From: Squalus acanthias
Lineage: Eukaryota
DNA length: 64,000 nucleotides
Assembly: GCA_030390025.1 (NCBI GenBank)
Contig: CM059431.1
Location: 143,098,001-143,162,000, forward strand
Direction of reading: 5' to 3'
How positions within the stretch are numbered: the first letter of the stretch is position 1; the number at the start of each line of letters is the position of its first letter. A program made the position numbers and the translations under genes. The notes under the pieces are model-generated. The model searched no databases and had not been told where the DNA came from. It saw only the letters and a program-made list of their open reading frames with translations. This document shows positions 52,321 to 63,817 of the stretch, piece after piece.

Positions 52321-52726
52321 TTCCGATTTGCTATTTGTACAAAAGCTCAGCTCTGCTGGGTGAGGGGTTCAATAATTTATCCATTATAACCACTACAGCC
52401 ATATACCCAGAATCACCTGAGGATTTGTAATCAGATGTCTGCAGTACAATGTGCGTGAGATAGTATTCACCAACAGAGGGAACATTTCACCTTCACCCAG
52501 CTCGCCATGTTAATTAACTATTAGTGTCCCATGTAGATTTGCAAGATCACTCAGAAATTTCCTGTCAACCAAGATTCACATGAACTGTTTTAGTTTTCTA
52601 AATGTTTACGATTAAAATTTCGAAATAGTTCGTGTGACATTTTACTGAAAAACAGAGCAGTGTATCGGATCTTTCTTCAACAATATAACTAACATTGAAA
52701 CCACTTTCTGTCTGTTCTAATTGAAG

Positions 52727-54462
52727 ATGTTCAACAGAAACACAAGGAAACACTCCGGGTACAAACTGAAACACTGAGAGTGAACACTATCCTAATAAAG
52801 GAGAAGGTTAAGATTTTTCAGCTGTTTGATCGATACGCTGAGCTAACGCTCATTTCTACTGTTCGAGATCGGACACTTGTAGAATATGAACTGCTGGCAA
52901 GAGGCCGAGACCATGAAGAGTGGAGAGAGGAACATCTCCGGAGAGAGCTGGAAAAAATCCGACCTGATCAATTCTTCCAGAGCAGTTTTTCCCAGTGAAA
53001 ATTCAAATCTGGGAGTTCAGGAGTAGTGAGCGGCGTCCCGGGGATTAGAAAAACAACAATGGTACAAAAGATTGTTCATGACTGGGCCACTGGGAAAATA
53101 TTCCCACACTTTCAATTTGTTTTCAGCTTTAAATGCCGGGATTTGAAAGACGTTGACTGTGGAATAAACCTGAGGAATCTGATACTCTTTTTCTATCCTT
53201 ACTTTGGGAATATTCTGAGAGAGATCTGGACGAACCCAGAGGGATTGCTGTTTATATTCGATGGCTTGGATGAATTCAAGGACGGGATCGACTTTGCTGA
53301 CAATCTGAGAAATACAGAACCTCAGCACATATGCACAGATCCCGAAGCCTGGTGTGAAGAGTCTGACATTGTGTACAGTTTGATACAGCACAAGCTGCTC
53401 CCAGGATGTTCAGTGCTAGTGACCAGCCGCCCCACTGCATTACATTTATTGAAAAAGGCTGAGATCAGTGATGGTCTGAAATCCTGGGATTTGTTGGTGA
53501 AGAACGGAAGGCATATTTCAACAAATTTTTTGAAGATCAGACAGTGGCAGCAGCTGTTTTCAAACACGTGGAGGAGAACGACATCCTGTACACCTTATGC
53601 TACAATCCTTCCTGCTGCAGTATCCTCGGTCTGTCACTGGGCCCCTTCTTTACACAATGAGACAGGAAACAGCATCGAGTTCCCAAGACCAACACCCAAC
53701 TATATTCCTACTATATCTACAACATTCTGAAAAACCATGGCTGAGAGATTGAAAGCCCTCGTGATGTGTTACTGAAGCTTGGTGAGATGGCCTTCACAGG
53801 AGTCTCCGAGAAGAAGATTGTGTTTAGAAATGGAGATTTGATCAAGTACAATCTGCAGCCTTCCCAGTTCCTGTCTGGGTTCATGATGGAACTTTTGGAG
53901 AGAGATAATTCTGCCCAGAGCGTAGTGTACACATTCCCGCACCTCACCATCCAAGAGTTTGTAGCCGCACTCGCACAATTCCTGACTCCAGATCCCGGGG
54001 ACATCCTGAAACTCCTCAGAGAAGCCCACAGCAAGGAAGATGGCCGATTTGAGATATTTCTCCGTTTTGTTGCTGGTCTCTCCTCCCCACAGTCAGCTCG
54101 GCCCCTGGAGGAGTTTCTGGGTCAATTTCTTCATCAAACCACCTGCCGAGTGATTGACTGGGTGAAGGAGAAGGTTGAAGGACAGATTGGGAACATGTGG
54201 AGTGAAACTGGTAAAAGGAACCTCCTGAACACATTCCACTACCTGTTTGAGTCTCAGAATAAAGCACTGGCTCGGAAAACAGTGGTATCTGTGGAATCAC
54301 TTACATTTAGTGGATTGACATTGACCCCGATTGACTGTGCGGTCCTGTCTCATGTTATTGGAAGCTGTGATATAATAAAACACCTCGTTCTTCAGAGCTG
54401 CTACATTTCGTGTGAAGGACTCCAGCGGCTGGGATCGTACTGCACAAATGCTGGGTGTTGAG
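52727..54462 (+). pseudogene. NLR (NACHT-LRR, fish/shark-expanded type) NACHT exon, disabled
   Basis: AG|ATGTT acceptor and GAG|GTAACT donor. Walker A GVPGIRKT (normally G.PGIGKT), Walker B LLFIFDGLDEF, VLVTSRP, YTFPHLTIQEFVAAL, FLRFVAGL, HYLFESQN. Stops at 52996-52998 and ~53742; frameshifts at ~53470 and ~54435. Confidence 0.92.
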
Positions 54463-55511
54463 GTAACTGTTTATTTGTCTCTAACTGTTTGGCGAATTGT
54501 AGAGCAGTCACGGATTGTGTTGTTGCTCCGTCATGAAGGGAAACAAACAGTTCAGTTAAACCAGAGAGACAGATTCAACACAAATATGACAACTATAAGA
54601 GGATCAGTGATTAAATCCCTGAGGACTGGAGAATCTAAAATGGATCCTTGTGAACAAGTAGGGATTTTACAGTCTTTATCGGATCAGCAAATACAGGTCA
54701 CTGAGAGTCTGATAATTGCATTACAATAAAACATATTTAATAAAGCTGGATAGTGGAATGTAAACATAAAATATAATCCGGCAGTAAAGTTAACATTAAT
54801 TTAAAATGTTTTCCAAATCTACCATTTCAACTGTAAAAAGGACAGAAACCCGACTTCAAATCACTAACAGTTTGATATTTACCATAACACTGTGTGTCTT
54901 GTCTCCGGGAAAGTTTCCTGAATTGGGAGGATTGGGGAATCGGGAATTCTTCCAGCTGTGAATGTTTACCATTCTTCACAGTCCTGAACATTGAGTAAAG
55001 AATGATATTAAGCATCTTAAATCTGCCAGTAAAAAGGTTCCAATATAACGGGTTGTGGGGTATTAGCCCCGGAGTAGAGACTCGCACACAGCGGGCGGCT
55101 CCTGGTAAACCGGGAGCAGTGAATCCGAGAATTCCCCATAATCCGCTCCCTGTGTGTGAGGCCCCGCTCGGGGAGGGACCTTCAGAAAATTCCCCAAAAC
55201 TGTCAGGCCGTTAACACCTGAAATAAATGTAAACCCAGTGTAATTGGGAATAAAGTGAGAGACTCCCCTCCCTTATAAACTAAGAGCACAGGGACATTTA
55301 AAACTTGTAACGGGACAGAATAAACTCTTTTGCTGCTATTGACAAACATTCAGTATACGCCCTCTGACTCCCACAGCTACCTGGAATAAACTTCCTCCCT
55401 CCTCGCTTCCTTTAAGGTCTCTAGTCCATTCTCCCAGTTTCTCCGTCTCTGCCGCATCTGCGCTGACAATGCCACGTTCCATCCTAGTGCTTCCGACATG
55501 TCTTCCTTTTT

Positions 55512-56154
55512 AACACAGAAAACGCTGGAAAAACTCAGCAGGCCAGGCAGCATCTGTGGAGAGATAAACCGAGTTAACGTTTCAGGTCGAAGACCCTTCG
55601 TCAGAACTGGAAAAAAGCAGGAAATGAAATAGATTTAAAGCAAGTATAAAGCTGGGAAAAGGGGGAAGGGATGAAAGAGCAAATGGGAAGGTCAGTGGTA
55701 GTAAAGAAGGCAGGAGAGAATAAGAGACATTGAGAGACATTAAGAGATATTCAAGACAAGAGGAGGTGGTAATGTGATAGGTTGAGGCTAAATGAAGTGT
55801 GAAATGCGCTGGTGAAATGAAGGACAGCTGCCAGCTTCAGGGAGGGAAGAAAAAAAGGGGCCAAACAAAAGGGTGGATGAAAATATAAAATATATTTATA
55901 AATGTGATAGGGGCCGTGGTTATGATCTGAAATTGTTGAACTCGATGTTGAGTCCAGAGGGCTGAAGCGTGCCTAAACGAAAGATGAGGTGCTGTTCCTC
56001 GAATTTTTTTTTAAGCATCTTAAATCTGCCATTAAAAAGGTTCCAATATAACGTGTTGTGGGGTATGAGCCCCGGAGTACAGACACACACCGGCCAGCGG
56101 TGGTGCGTCGCACACGGCGGGTGGCTCCTGGGTAAACCGGAGCTGTTCCTCGAG
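55512..56154 (-). mobile_element. 5'-truncated antisense Penelope copy nested in the previous element
   Basis: Minus strand EEQHLIFRLGTLQPSGLNIEFNNFRS plus 3' UTR; flanked by TGTCTTC(C/T)TTTT direct repeats at ~55499 and ~56155. Confidence 0.75.
55572..55608 (-). ncRNA. Minimal type I hammerhead ribozyme motif
   Basis: Minus strand AGTT CTGACGA A GGGTC TTC GACCT GAA ACGT T AACT: CUGAnGA and GAAA core, stem I AGTT/AACT, stem II, palindromic AACGTT stem III. Confidence 0.7.
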
Positions 56155-57188
56155 CTGTCTTCTTTTTTCCTCAACCGAGGATTTCCCTCTACCGTGGTTG
56201 ACACGGCTCTTGACCGTGTCCATTCTATTGTCTGCACTTCTGCTCTCACCCCTTCCCCTACCTCCCGGAACCACGATAGGGTTCCCCTTTTCCTCACCTT
56301 TCAGCCAACCAGCCTCAGTATTTAACGGATCATCATCCGCCTTTGCCGCCACATCAAGCATGATCCCACCACCAAACAATCTTCCCTTCACCTCCCCTTT
56401 CAGCATTCTGAAGCTCCCTCCACGAAACCATTGTCCACTCCTCAATCACCCACAACACCCCTTCTCCGTCCCACAGCACCTTCCCATGCAAGTGCAGGAG
56501 ATGCAACACCTGACCTTTTACCTCTTCCCTTCCCACTGTCCAGGGCCCCAAACACTCCTTCCAGGTGAAACAGCGATTTCCCTATACTTCTTGCAATTTA
56601 GTATACTGTATTCACTGCTCACGATGCGGTCTTCCCTAAGTTGCGGAGACCTAACGCAGATTGAGTGACTGCTTTGCGGAATACCTCCACTCAGTCTGCA
56701 AGTGTGACACGAGCTTCTGGTCGTCTATCACTTTAATTCTCTGCTCCACTCCCAATGTGATCTCTCTGTTCTCGGTCTCTTACGCTCTTCCAACAAAGTA
56801 CAACAACAGATCGAGGAACAGCACTTCATCTTTCAATTAGGCACTTTACAGCCTTCTGGACTCAACATCGAGTTCAACAATTTCAGGCTATAAACTCGAT
56901 CCCTATTTTATTTTTTTCATCACTGTTTTTCCTTTTCCCTTTTTTTTCCTCTCGCATGACAGCTGTTAATGATTCTGCCATTGCTATTCAGACGTCATCT
57001 AGATTCATCTTTTGTTTCTTAACTTGTCCCATTGCCATCTCCTTTTGCTTGCACTATCATCCCTTTTGTCTTTTAATCTCTCCTGTCTTCCACCCTATCA
57101 CAGACCTTCCCTTTTGTTCTTTCTTCCCCCCTCCACCTTTTCCGGCCCCTACACTTGCTTAAAAACATGTTACTACTGTTACTTTTTC

Positions 57189-57226
57189 AGGTTCTGACGA
57201 AGGGTCCTCGACCTGAAACATTAACT
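57189..57226 (+). ncRNA. Minimal hammerhead ribozyme motif (stem III variant)
   Basis: GGTT CTGACGA A GGGTC CTC GACCT GAAACATT AACT. Confidence 0.6.
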
Positions 57227-58004
57227 CTGTTTCTCTCTCTGTAAAGGCTGCCTGACCTGCTGGGTATTTCCAGCATTTTCTGTTTTTATTTCAGTATAAA
57301 TTCTCCTTGTTATATAAAATCCTGGGGGACGGATTTTTCAGCAGCAGTTAGCGTTTTACAATATAACTCACCCCGAGATATTATACAGATTAATATGATG
57401 CACAGAGTATAAAGTACAGCAAATCACCGCTTTATCATTTAATTCTGGAACAATCGCTCCATTCCCATAAAATCCGGGATTCAAGGAGCAACATAATTGA
57501 GACAAGTTTCCCCAAACATGACAGAGCCGGTCACTGAGCTCCAAGAGGGTCATTCTGATCATCAGGGAATGAGACCGAACTGAGGGACATTTCAAGGCTT
57601 CACACAGATAGCACTTTATTTAATAAATAAAGTTCAGCGGGCGCGATCGGTGGCGGGTCGGTTGGGAAACTGGATATTTCCCAAGCGTGTCGGGACCCCG
57701 CTGTCAACCCGCTGCCACACGCCTTTCCCAAATGTCGGGTCTCTCAGTGCTGAGCAGACTCGACATGCAGCGGCGGTGGAGGCAGTTCAGGTTATTATGA
57801 CTTTGTTGACAAAGGATTACAACTATTGTAGCTCACCTTCAGAGTTTACCAGGTCGCCTACGTGGTCCACGCTGCTCGGGGAGCACGTCAGGTAAGCAGC
57901 GCGGGAGTTATATGGCCATGGGATCATCTCATTACTTGATAGCTGGAAATGTGCTATAAAAGCTCCCATCTCGGGAGCTGGTCACTTTCCAAGTTCAGAA
58001 GCTG

Positions 58005-60452
58005 TTGCTTACTGCATTTGGAAGACAGATTGAGCTTTATGCAGGTTGCAAGTGTTTGGAGCAAACTCTCTATCCATTGTCCCCCTCAATGGAACAACCT
58101 CTCTCACCATTGACAGATCGTTTCTGTCATCTCAAGTTCACCTGCCAGCTTGAGAAACTCGGCATCACCACCAGCAGCAACCAAGCCTCCCCCGGTACCA
58201 CGGCTGCAACCACAGGGAAGTCCATCGTCAACTTGTCCGACCATACCCTTCAACCAGACGAAATCGAAGTTCTCGCCCTAGGGCTCAAGTTCTGCCCAAT
58301 CACCAAAATGGACCCCATCGGTCTCGCGGCAGACACGGAGGAATTCATCAGGAGAATGAGGCTCCGGGAATACTTCCACAAATCCCAAGATGTCAGCAAC
58401 AAACCCAATGAGACAATCAATGATCCAGAACAGCAGACAGAGGGACTCGCAGTGCAGCAACCGAAGAAAAAAGAGTCAAACTGGACCCCTCCGGAGGGTC
58501 GCTGCCCCAAGCTTGACATGTATGCTCAAGCTGTCAGGAGATGCATCAACGCCAGATTCATCAGCCGCACTCACAAGACAGTCCAGAATGTCACCCGAGC
58601 ACAACGCAACGCCATCCACGCTCTCAAGACCAACCGCAACATTGTCATCAAACCAGTGGACAAAGGAGGAGCCATCGTCATACAGAACAGAACGGACTAT
58701 TGTAAAGAAGCATACCGACAACTGGACAACCAGGAACACTACAGACAGCTACCCGCAGATCCGACCAAAGAACACACCCGCCAACTCAATAGACTGATCA
58801 AGACCTTCGATCCAGACCTTCAAAACATCCTACGCGCTCTCATCCCACGTACTCCCCGCGTGGGAGACTTCTACTGCCTCCCAAAGATACACAAAGCCAA
58901 CACACCCGGACGTCCTATCGTATCAGGCAATGGAACCCTGTGTGAGAACCTCTCTGGATACGTCGAGGGCATTCTGAAACCCATCGTACAGGGAACCCCC
59001 AGCTTCTGTCGCGACACTACAGACTTCTTACCGAAACTCAGCACCCACGGACCAGTTGAACCAGGAACACTCCTTGCCACGATGGACGTATCGGCACTCT
59101 ACACCAGTATCCCCCACGATGACGGCATCGCTGCAACAGCCTCAGTACTCAACATCAACAACAGCCAATCTCCAGACGCCATCCTACAACTCATCCGCTT
59201 CAGCCTTGACCACAATGTCTTCACCTTCGACAACCATTTTTTTACCCAAACACACGGAACAGCCATGGGGACCAAATTCGCACCCCAATACGCCAACATC
59301 TTCATGCACAAGTTCGAGCAAGACTTCTTCGCTGCACAGGACCTCCAGCCAACGCTGTACACCAGATACATCGACGACATTTTCTTCCTTTGGACCCATG
59401 GCGAAGGATCACTGAAAAGACTACACAATAACATAAACAAGTTCCATCCCACCATCAAACTCACCATGGACTACTCCTCAGAATCGGTCTCATTCCTGGA
59501 CACACGAATCTCCATCAAAGACGGACACCTCAGCACTTCACTCTACCGCAAGCCCACGGACAACCTCACGATGCTCCACTTCTCCAGCTTCCACCCTAAC
59601 CATGTTAAAGAAGCCATCCCCTATGGACAAGCCCTGCGAATACACAGGATCTGCTCAGACGAGGAGGAACGCGATGGACACCTACGGACGCTGAAAAACG
59701 CCCTCGTAAGAACGGGATATGACGCTCGACTCATCGATCGACAGTTCCGACGGGCCACAGCGAAAAATCGCATAGACCTCCTCAGAAGGCAAACACAGGA
59801 CACAACCAACAGGGTACCATACGTCGTCCAGTACTTCCCCGGAGCGGAGAAACTACGCCATGTTCTTCGCAGCCTTCAACATGTCATCGATGACGACAAA
59901 CACCTCGCTAAGGCCATCCCCACGCCTCCACTACTTGCCTTCAAACAGCCGCCTAACCTCAGAAGTACCATCGTTCGCAGCAAATTACCCAGCTTTCAGG
60001 ATAACAGCGACCACGACACCACACAACCCTGCCATGGCAAACTCTGCAAGACATGCCAGATCATCAACACAGATACCACCATCACACGTGAGGACACTAC
60101 CCACCAGGTACATGGTACATACTCATGTGACTCGGCCAACGTTGTCTACCTCATACGTTGCAGGAAAGAATGCACCGCGGCATGGTACATCGGCGAGACC
60201 ATGCAGACACTGAGACAACGTATGAACGAGCACTGCGCAACAATCGCCAGGCAGGATTGTTGCCTCCCAGTCGGGGAACACTTCAGCAGTCAAGGACATT
60301 CAGCCTCGGATCTGCGGGTAAGCGTTCTCCAAGGCAACCTTAGAAACACACGACAACGCAAAATCATCGAGCAGAAACTGATAGCCAAGTTCCGCACTCA
60401 TGAAGACGGTCTCAATCGGGATCTTGGGTTTATGTCACGATACATGACGTGA
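58005..60452 (+). CDS. Penelope-like retroelement RT + GIY-YIG endonuclease ORF (uninterrupted; 5'-truncated, homology starts ~58145)
   Basis: IKPVDKGGAIV, FYCLPKIHK..PGRPIVS, TMDVSALYTSIPH, GTAMGTKFAPQYANIFM, RYIDDIF, FLD, YRKPT; C-terminal CHGKLCKTC and VVYLIRC..WYIGET..RMNEH..EQKLI..GLN. Confidence 0.95.
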   Translation: MLTAFGRQIELYAGCKCLEQTLYPLSPSMEQPLSPLTDRFCHLKFTCQLEKLGITTSSNQASPGTTAATTGKSIVNLSDHTLQPDEIEVLALGLKFCPITKMDPIGLAADTEEFIRRMRLREYFHKSQDVSNKPNETINDPEQQTEGLAVQQPKKKESNWTPPEGRCPKLDMYAQAVRRCINARFISRTHKTVQNVTRAQRNAIHALKTNRNIVIKPVDKGGAIVIQNRTDYCKEAYRQLDNQEHYRQLPADPTKEHTRQLNRLIKTFDPDLQNILRALIPRTPRVGDFYCLPKIHKANTPGRPIVSGNGTLCENLSGYVEGILKPIVQGTPSFCRDTTDFLPKLSTHGPVEPGTLLATMDVSALYTSIPHDDGIAATASVLNINNSQSPDAILQLIRFSLDHNVFTFDNHFFTQTHGTAMGTKFAPQYANIFMHKFEQDFFAAQDLQPTLYTRYIDDIFFLWTHGEGSLKRLHNNINKFHPTIKLTMDYSSESVSFLDTRISIKDGHLSTSLYRKPTDNLTMLHFSSFHPNHVKEAIPYGQALRIHRICSDEEERDGHLRTLKNALVRTGYDARLIDRQFRRATAKNRIDLLRRQTQDTTNRVPYVVQYFPGAEKLRHVLRSLQHVIDDDKHLAKAIPTPPLLAFKQPPNLRSTIVRSKLPSFQDNSDHDTTQPCHGKLCKTCQIINTDTTITREDTTHQVHGTYSCDSANVVYLIRCRKECTAAWYIGETMQTLRQRMNEHCATIARQDCCLPVGEHFSSQGHSASDLRVSVLQGNLRNTRQRKIIEQKLIAKFRTHEDGLNRDLGFMSRYMT

Positions 60453-60782
60453 TCCGGACTCGAGTCGTCGTTAGCTTGTTCACAGATGTGATTCCCAGTA
60501 AAAAAGTAAAAATTTTCCCAATAAAAAAGTAAAAATTTTAAAGCTTTTCGTTTTACATACAGACGGCAGCTTTTGACATGTTAGAACCCCTGCGACTACA
60601 CCTCATTGTCTCAGTTGTATCTTGCTATGTCTTTGATGTGGTACCTTCCTGGCTGACTTAATTAACTTTATCACACCTCGGCAGATAGTCAGGATGATTT
60701 AATTTATTGGTCTGCAATTGTAAAGTACACATGCTTTGTTTTCTATCTATATATGCTTTGGCGATTCTGTATCTAATTTACT

Positions 60783-60824
60783 TCACCTGAGGAAGGAGCA
60801 ATCGATAGCTCCGAAAGCTTGTGA
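60783..60824 (+). ncRNA. Minimal type I hammerhead ribozyme motif at the Penelope 3' end
   Basis: TCAC CTGAGGA A GGAGC AATCGATA GCTCC GAA AGCT T GTGA: core, 5-bp stem II, palindromic AAGCTT stem III, stem I TCAC/GTGA; followed by AATAAA. Confidence 0.7.
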
Positions 60825-61939
60825 TTTCAAATAAAACTGTTGGACTATAACCTGGTGTTGTGCGACCTCTCAATCTATTACATCAGCATGGGTATGGTTT
60901 ATACTGTCTCACATTGGGCCTCAGAGTCCAACCACGATCAGCCCCAACACCTGCAGCACCAAGCACTCTAGCAGCACCAACAACAACACCAACCTGCTCC
61001 GCATCTCCTGATGCTGCACAGCACAGAGGGGATCAACACCCGACCTCATTGCTGACCGGGACGCCAGAGATGGCCTCACCATGGCCAGATTTACTTCACT
61101 TGATGCTGCACACCCTGGATGCCACATTATGCGCCAGGTTGGCACCACCCCACACTAACAACATAAAGTATCCCTGCAATGCCCAAACCAGTCCTGTTAC
61201 ACTAACCAGCATTGCGGGGGGTGTCGTTTTGTCTCACCAATCACTGCAACTCATTCAGCCACATCCAAAGGTGCATAGAAATCTGTTGAAGAACGGAAAG
61301 TGTTGAAAATAAAGATTCCAATGTTTGAAATGACATATACAGAAACTTCACATCAACATTGGCTAAAACACACAATTGCCTACCCTTGTGTGTTGTTAGT
61401 TGTTATGATTGGACTAGGATGATGGTGAGTGTGAGGGGTGGCTAGTGAAATTGGGATGTGATAATATAGATAGAGAGGGATGGGTGGAAGGTAAGTTGGT
61501 GTGAGTAAGAATGTGCAGGAGTAGGGTAGGGAAGGCAGAGTGATGGGGATGTGATGAGTGGCACAGCAGGATGAGGTTGAGGGTGGCTTTGCAGTAACGT
61601 TTCGTGATCTACTGAGATCATTGAAAGGTTTGCGCCACTGCAGCCTGGTCCTCCTGACGACATTCCTGCTTGAGCCCCATTGTGCAATGTGCAACCGGCT
61701 GTGTTGGTCTCTTCCGCCCATTGGAAGTGAAGAGAACCTCCCTGCGTGTTGTGGCTCCCACCATAAGCATATGGAGGGAGATATGGGAGAGCCTGGGTGC
61801 AGCCTTGCTCCTCTGTGCAGAGGTTGTCAGTGTTTGCAGCACCTCAATACTGTAGAACACTGACATCACAATGGACAAACTCAATGTGCGCATCATCAAA
61901 TTACATCATCAAACCCGCTTCCTTCAATTCTCCAGAGCG

Positions 61940-62855
61940 AGGCCGCGACCCGCCTCCGACCCCGGCCTCACTCGACCCGCACCCCACCCACCACCGACCC
62001 CGACCTCACTCGCACCCGCCCCCGGCCGCACCCGACCCGACCCCGACCTCACTTGACCCGCCCCCGACACCGGCCGCACCCGACCCGAACCCGGCCGCAC
62101 TCGACCTGCCACATACCCCGGCCGCACCCGACCCGACCCCGACCTCACTTGACCCGCCCCCGACACCGGCCGCACCCGACCCGAACCCGGCCGCACCCGA
62201 CCTGCCACCGAACCCGGCCGCACCCGACCCGACCCCGGCCGCACTCGACCCGCCACCGACCCCGACCTCACTCGACCCGCCACCGATACCGGCCGCTCCC
62301 GACCCGCCACTGATCCCGGCCTCACCCGACCCGCCACCGGCCTCACTCAACCCGCCCCCGGCCTCACCCGTCCCGACCCCAACACCGGCCGCACCCGCCC
62401 CCGACCCGGCCGCACCCGACCCGGCCCCGGCCGCACTCGACTCGCCACCGACCCCGGCCGCACCCGACCCCGGCCCTGCCCCGACCCCGGCCGCACCCGA
62501 CCCGACGCCGGCCGCACTCGACCCGCCACCGACCCCAGCCTGTCCCGACCCGGCCGCACCCGACTCGACCCCGGCCGCACCCGACCCGCCACCTATTCCG
62601 GCCGCACCCGACCCGACCCCGGCCGCACTCGACCGGCCACCGCCCCGGCCGCACTCGACCCGCCACCGACCCCGGCCGCACCCGACCCGACCCCGGCCCG
62701 TCCCCGACCCCGGCCGCATCCGACACGACCCCAGCCGCACTCGACCCGCCACCGACCCCGGCCGCACCCGACCCGATCCCGGCCGGTCCCCGACCCCGGA
62801 CGCACCCGACCCTACCCCGGCCGCACCCGGGCCGACACCGACCCCGGCCACACCC
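61940..62855. repeat. Extremely C-rich/CpG-rich short-unit tandem repeat (CCGGCCGCACCCGACCCGACC-like)
   Basis: Directly visible. Confidence 0.9.
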
Positions 62856-62997
62856 GAATCGTCCAGTTGGGAAATCGCGGGGGGAAACGGGTTAGTAATG
62901 TCCTGAAGTACTTTCAGTGATTGCTGTAATATCCGAGAGTGAAAAATATATCAGATCCAGTGTTTGATTCCATTTGTTTCTCTCTGTTTGTCTTTAG

Positions 62998-63084
62998 AAT
63001 GGAGAACTATAAACTGGGAGATTCAGGAGTGAAACTATTGTCTGCGGCTCTCAGGAACCCGGACTGTAAAATACACGAACTGTG
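62998..63084 (+). pseudogene. NLR LRR exon (87 nt)
   Basis: TCTTTAG|A..TGTG|GTAAGT; MENYKLGDSGVKLLSAALRNPDCKIHELW. Confidence 0.9.
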
Positions 63085-63224
63085 GTAAGTACCAGACTGT
63101 ATGAGATTGTGTTTATAATAACTGGATGTCTGACACTGCACATTAGTATTAATATCAGTAATAGTGTTATTAATGAACACTGGGAGTTACTCTGATTCCT
63201 GTTATTTCTCTCTCTGATCCCCAG

Positions 63225-63392
63225 GCTATGGTCTGTCGGACTCACAGATTCTTGTGCCGAGGATCTCGCCTCCGCTCTCAGTACAAACCTGTCACTGAAG
63301 GTTCTGGACCTGGGATCAAACTCCTTCACAGACCGATCTGTCCCCGCTCTCGGCCGCCTCATACTGAACTGCAGGAGTCTGGAGCGGATCTG
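63225..63392 (+). pseudogene. NLR LRR exon (168 nt)
   Basis: CCCCAG|G..TCTG|GTGAGT; LWSVGLTDSCAEDLASALSTNLSLKVLDLGSNSFTDRSVPALGRLILNCRSLERI. Confidence 0.9.
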
Positions 63393-63561
63393 GTGAGTGT
63401 TTGTGTTAATGTTTAATGTAATAAATAACATATAAATTGGATTCAGTCAAATTTATGGGTAATATTTGTCTGTAATTATTCTTGAAATATTAACCCCAGT
63501 CTCCCTTTTATTTACTTTTTTCAATCTGTTTATTTCCTGTTTCTCCTTTAATCTGTTTCAG

Positions 63562-63817
63562 GCTGTGGGAGAATCGTTTCAGTTCAACCGGAGAGAACCT
63601 GCTGGAGTTACTGCAGGAAACAAGACCCGGACTGAGTGTGAACTTTTCAAGCGTTGACAATCGCTGCTCTCAGTATCATAATCTGAAAATGTTGCGGTTT
63701 CCAGCTCGAGCTGAGCGAGCGTCATCTCCCATTGTGAGGTCAGAGTCCCAGACACAGGGTCATGAGACTCAGCCGCCCGGCCCCAGAGCGCTGCTTCTGC
63801 AGGATATCCGGGGCTGA
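63562..63817 (+). pseudogene. NLR terminal exon
   Basis: TGTTTCAG|G; LWENRFSSTGENLLELLQETRPGLSV...; first in-frame TGA at 63815-63817. Confidence 0.75.

Larger units (their letters stand above)
55335..57292 (+). mobile_element. Degenerate Penelope-like element (C-terminal domain, GIY-YIG, 3' end) with nested insertions
   Basis: DSHSYL...PFSQFLRLCRIC..; FFLNRGFPSTVVD; IEEQHFIFQLGTLQPSGLNIEFNNFR; 3' hammerhead motif. Confidence 0.8.
57630..62890. mobile_element. Degenerate Harbinger-like DNA transposon remnant with Myb/SANT-like ORF fragment (minus strand, ~61600-61830); boundaries approximate
   Basis: AAPRLSHISLHMLMVGATTRREVLFTSNGRKRP and RNVVRRTRLQWRKPFNDL resemble the Harbinger Myb/SANT protein (PRFS..L..L....RR..LF....K; RT..QCRK.FNDL); GC-rich subterminal regions. 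Confidence 0.55.

Noticed and set aside
61797..62906. Pro/Ala-rich 369-aa ORF and Gly-rich antisense ORFs
   Set aside because: Products of a GC-rich tandem repeat that is open in most frames
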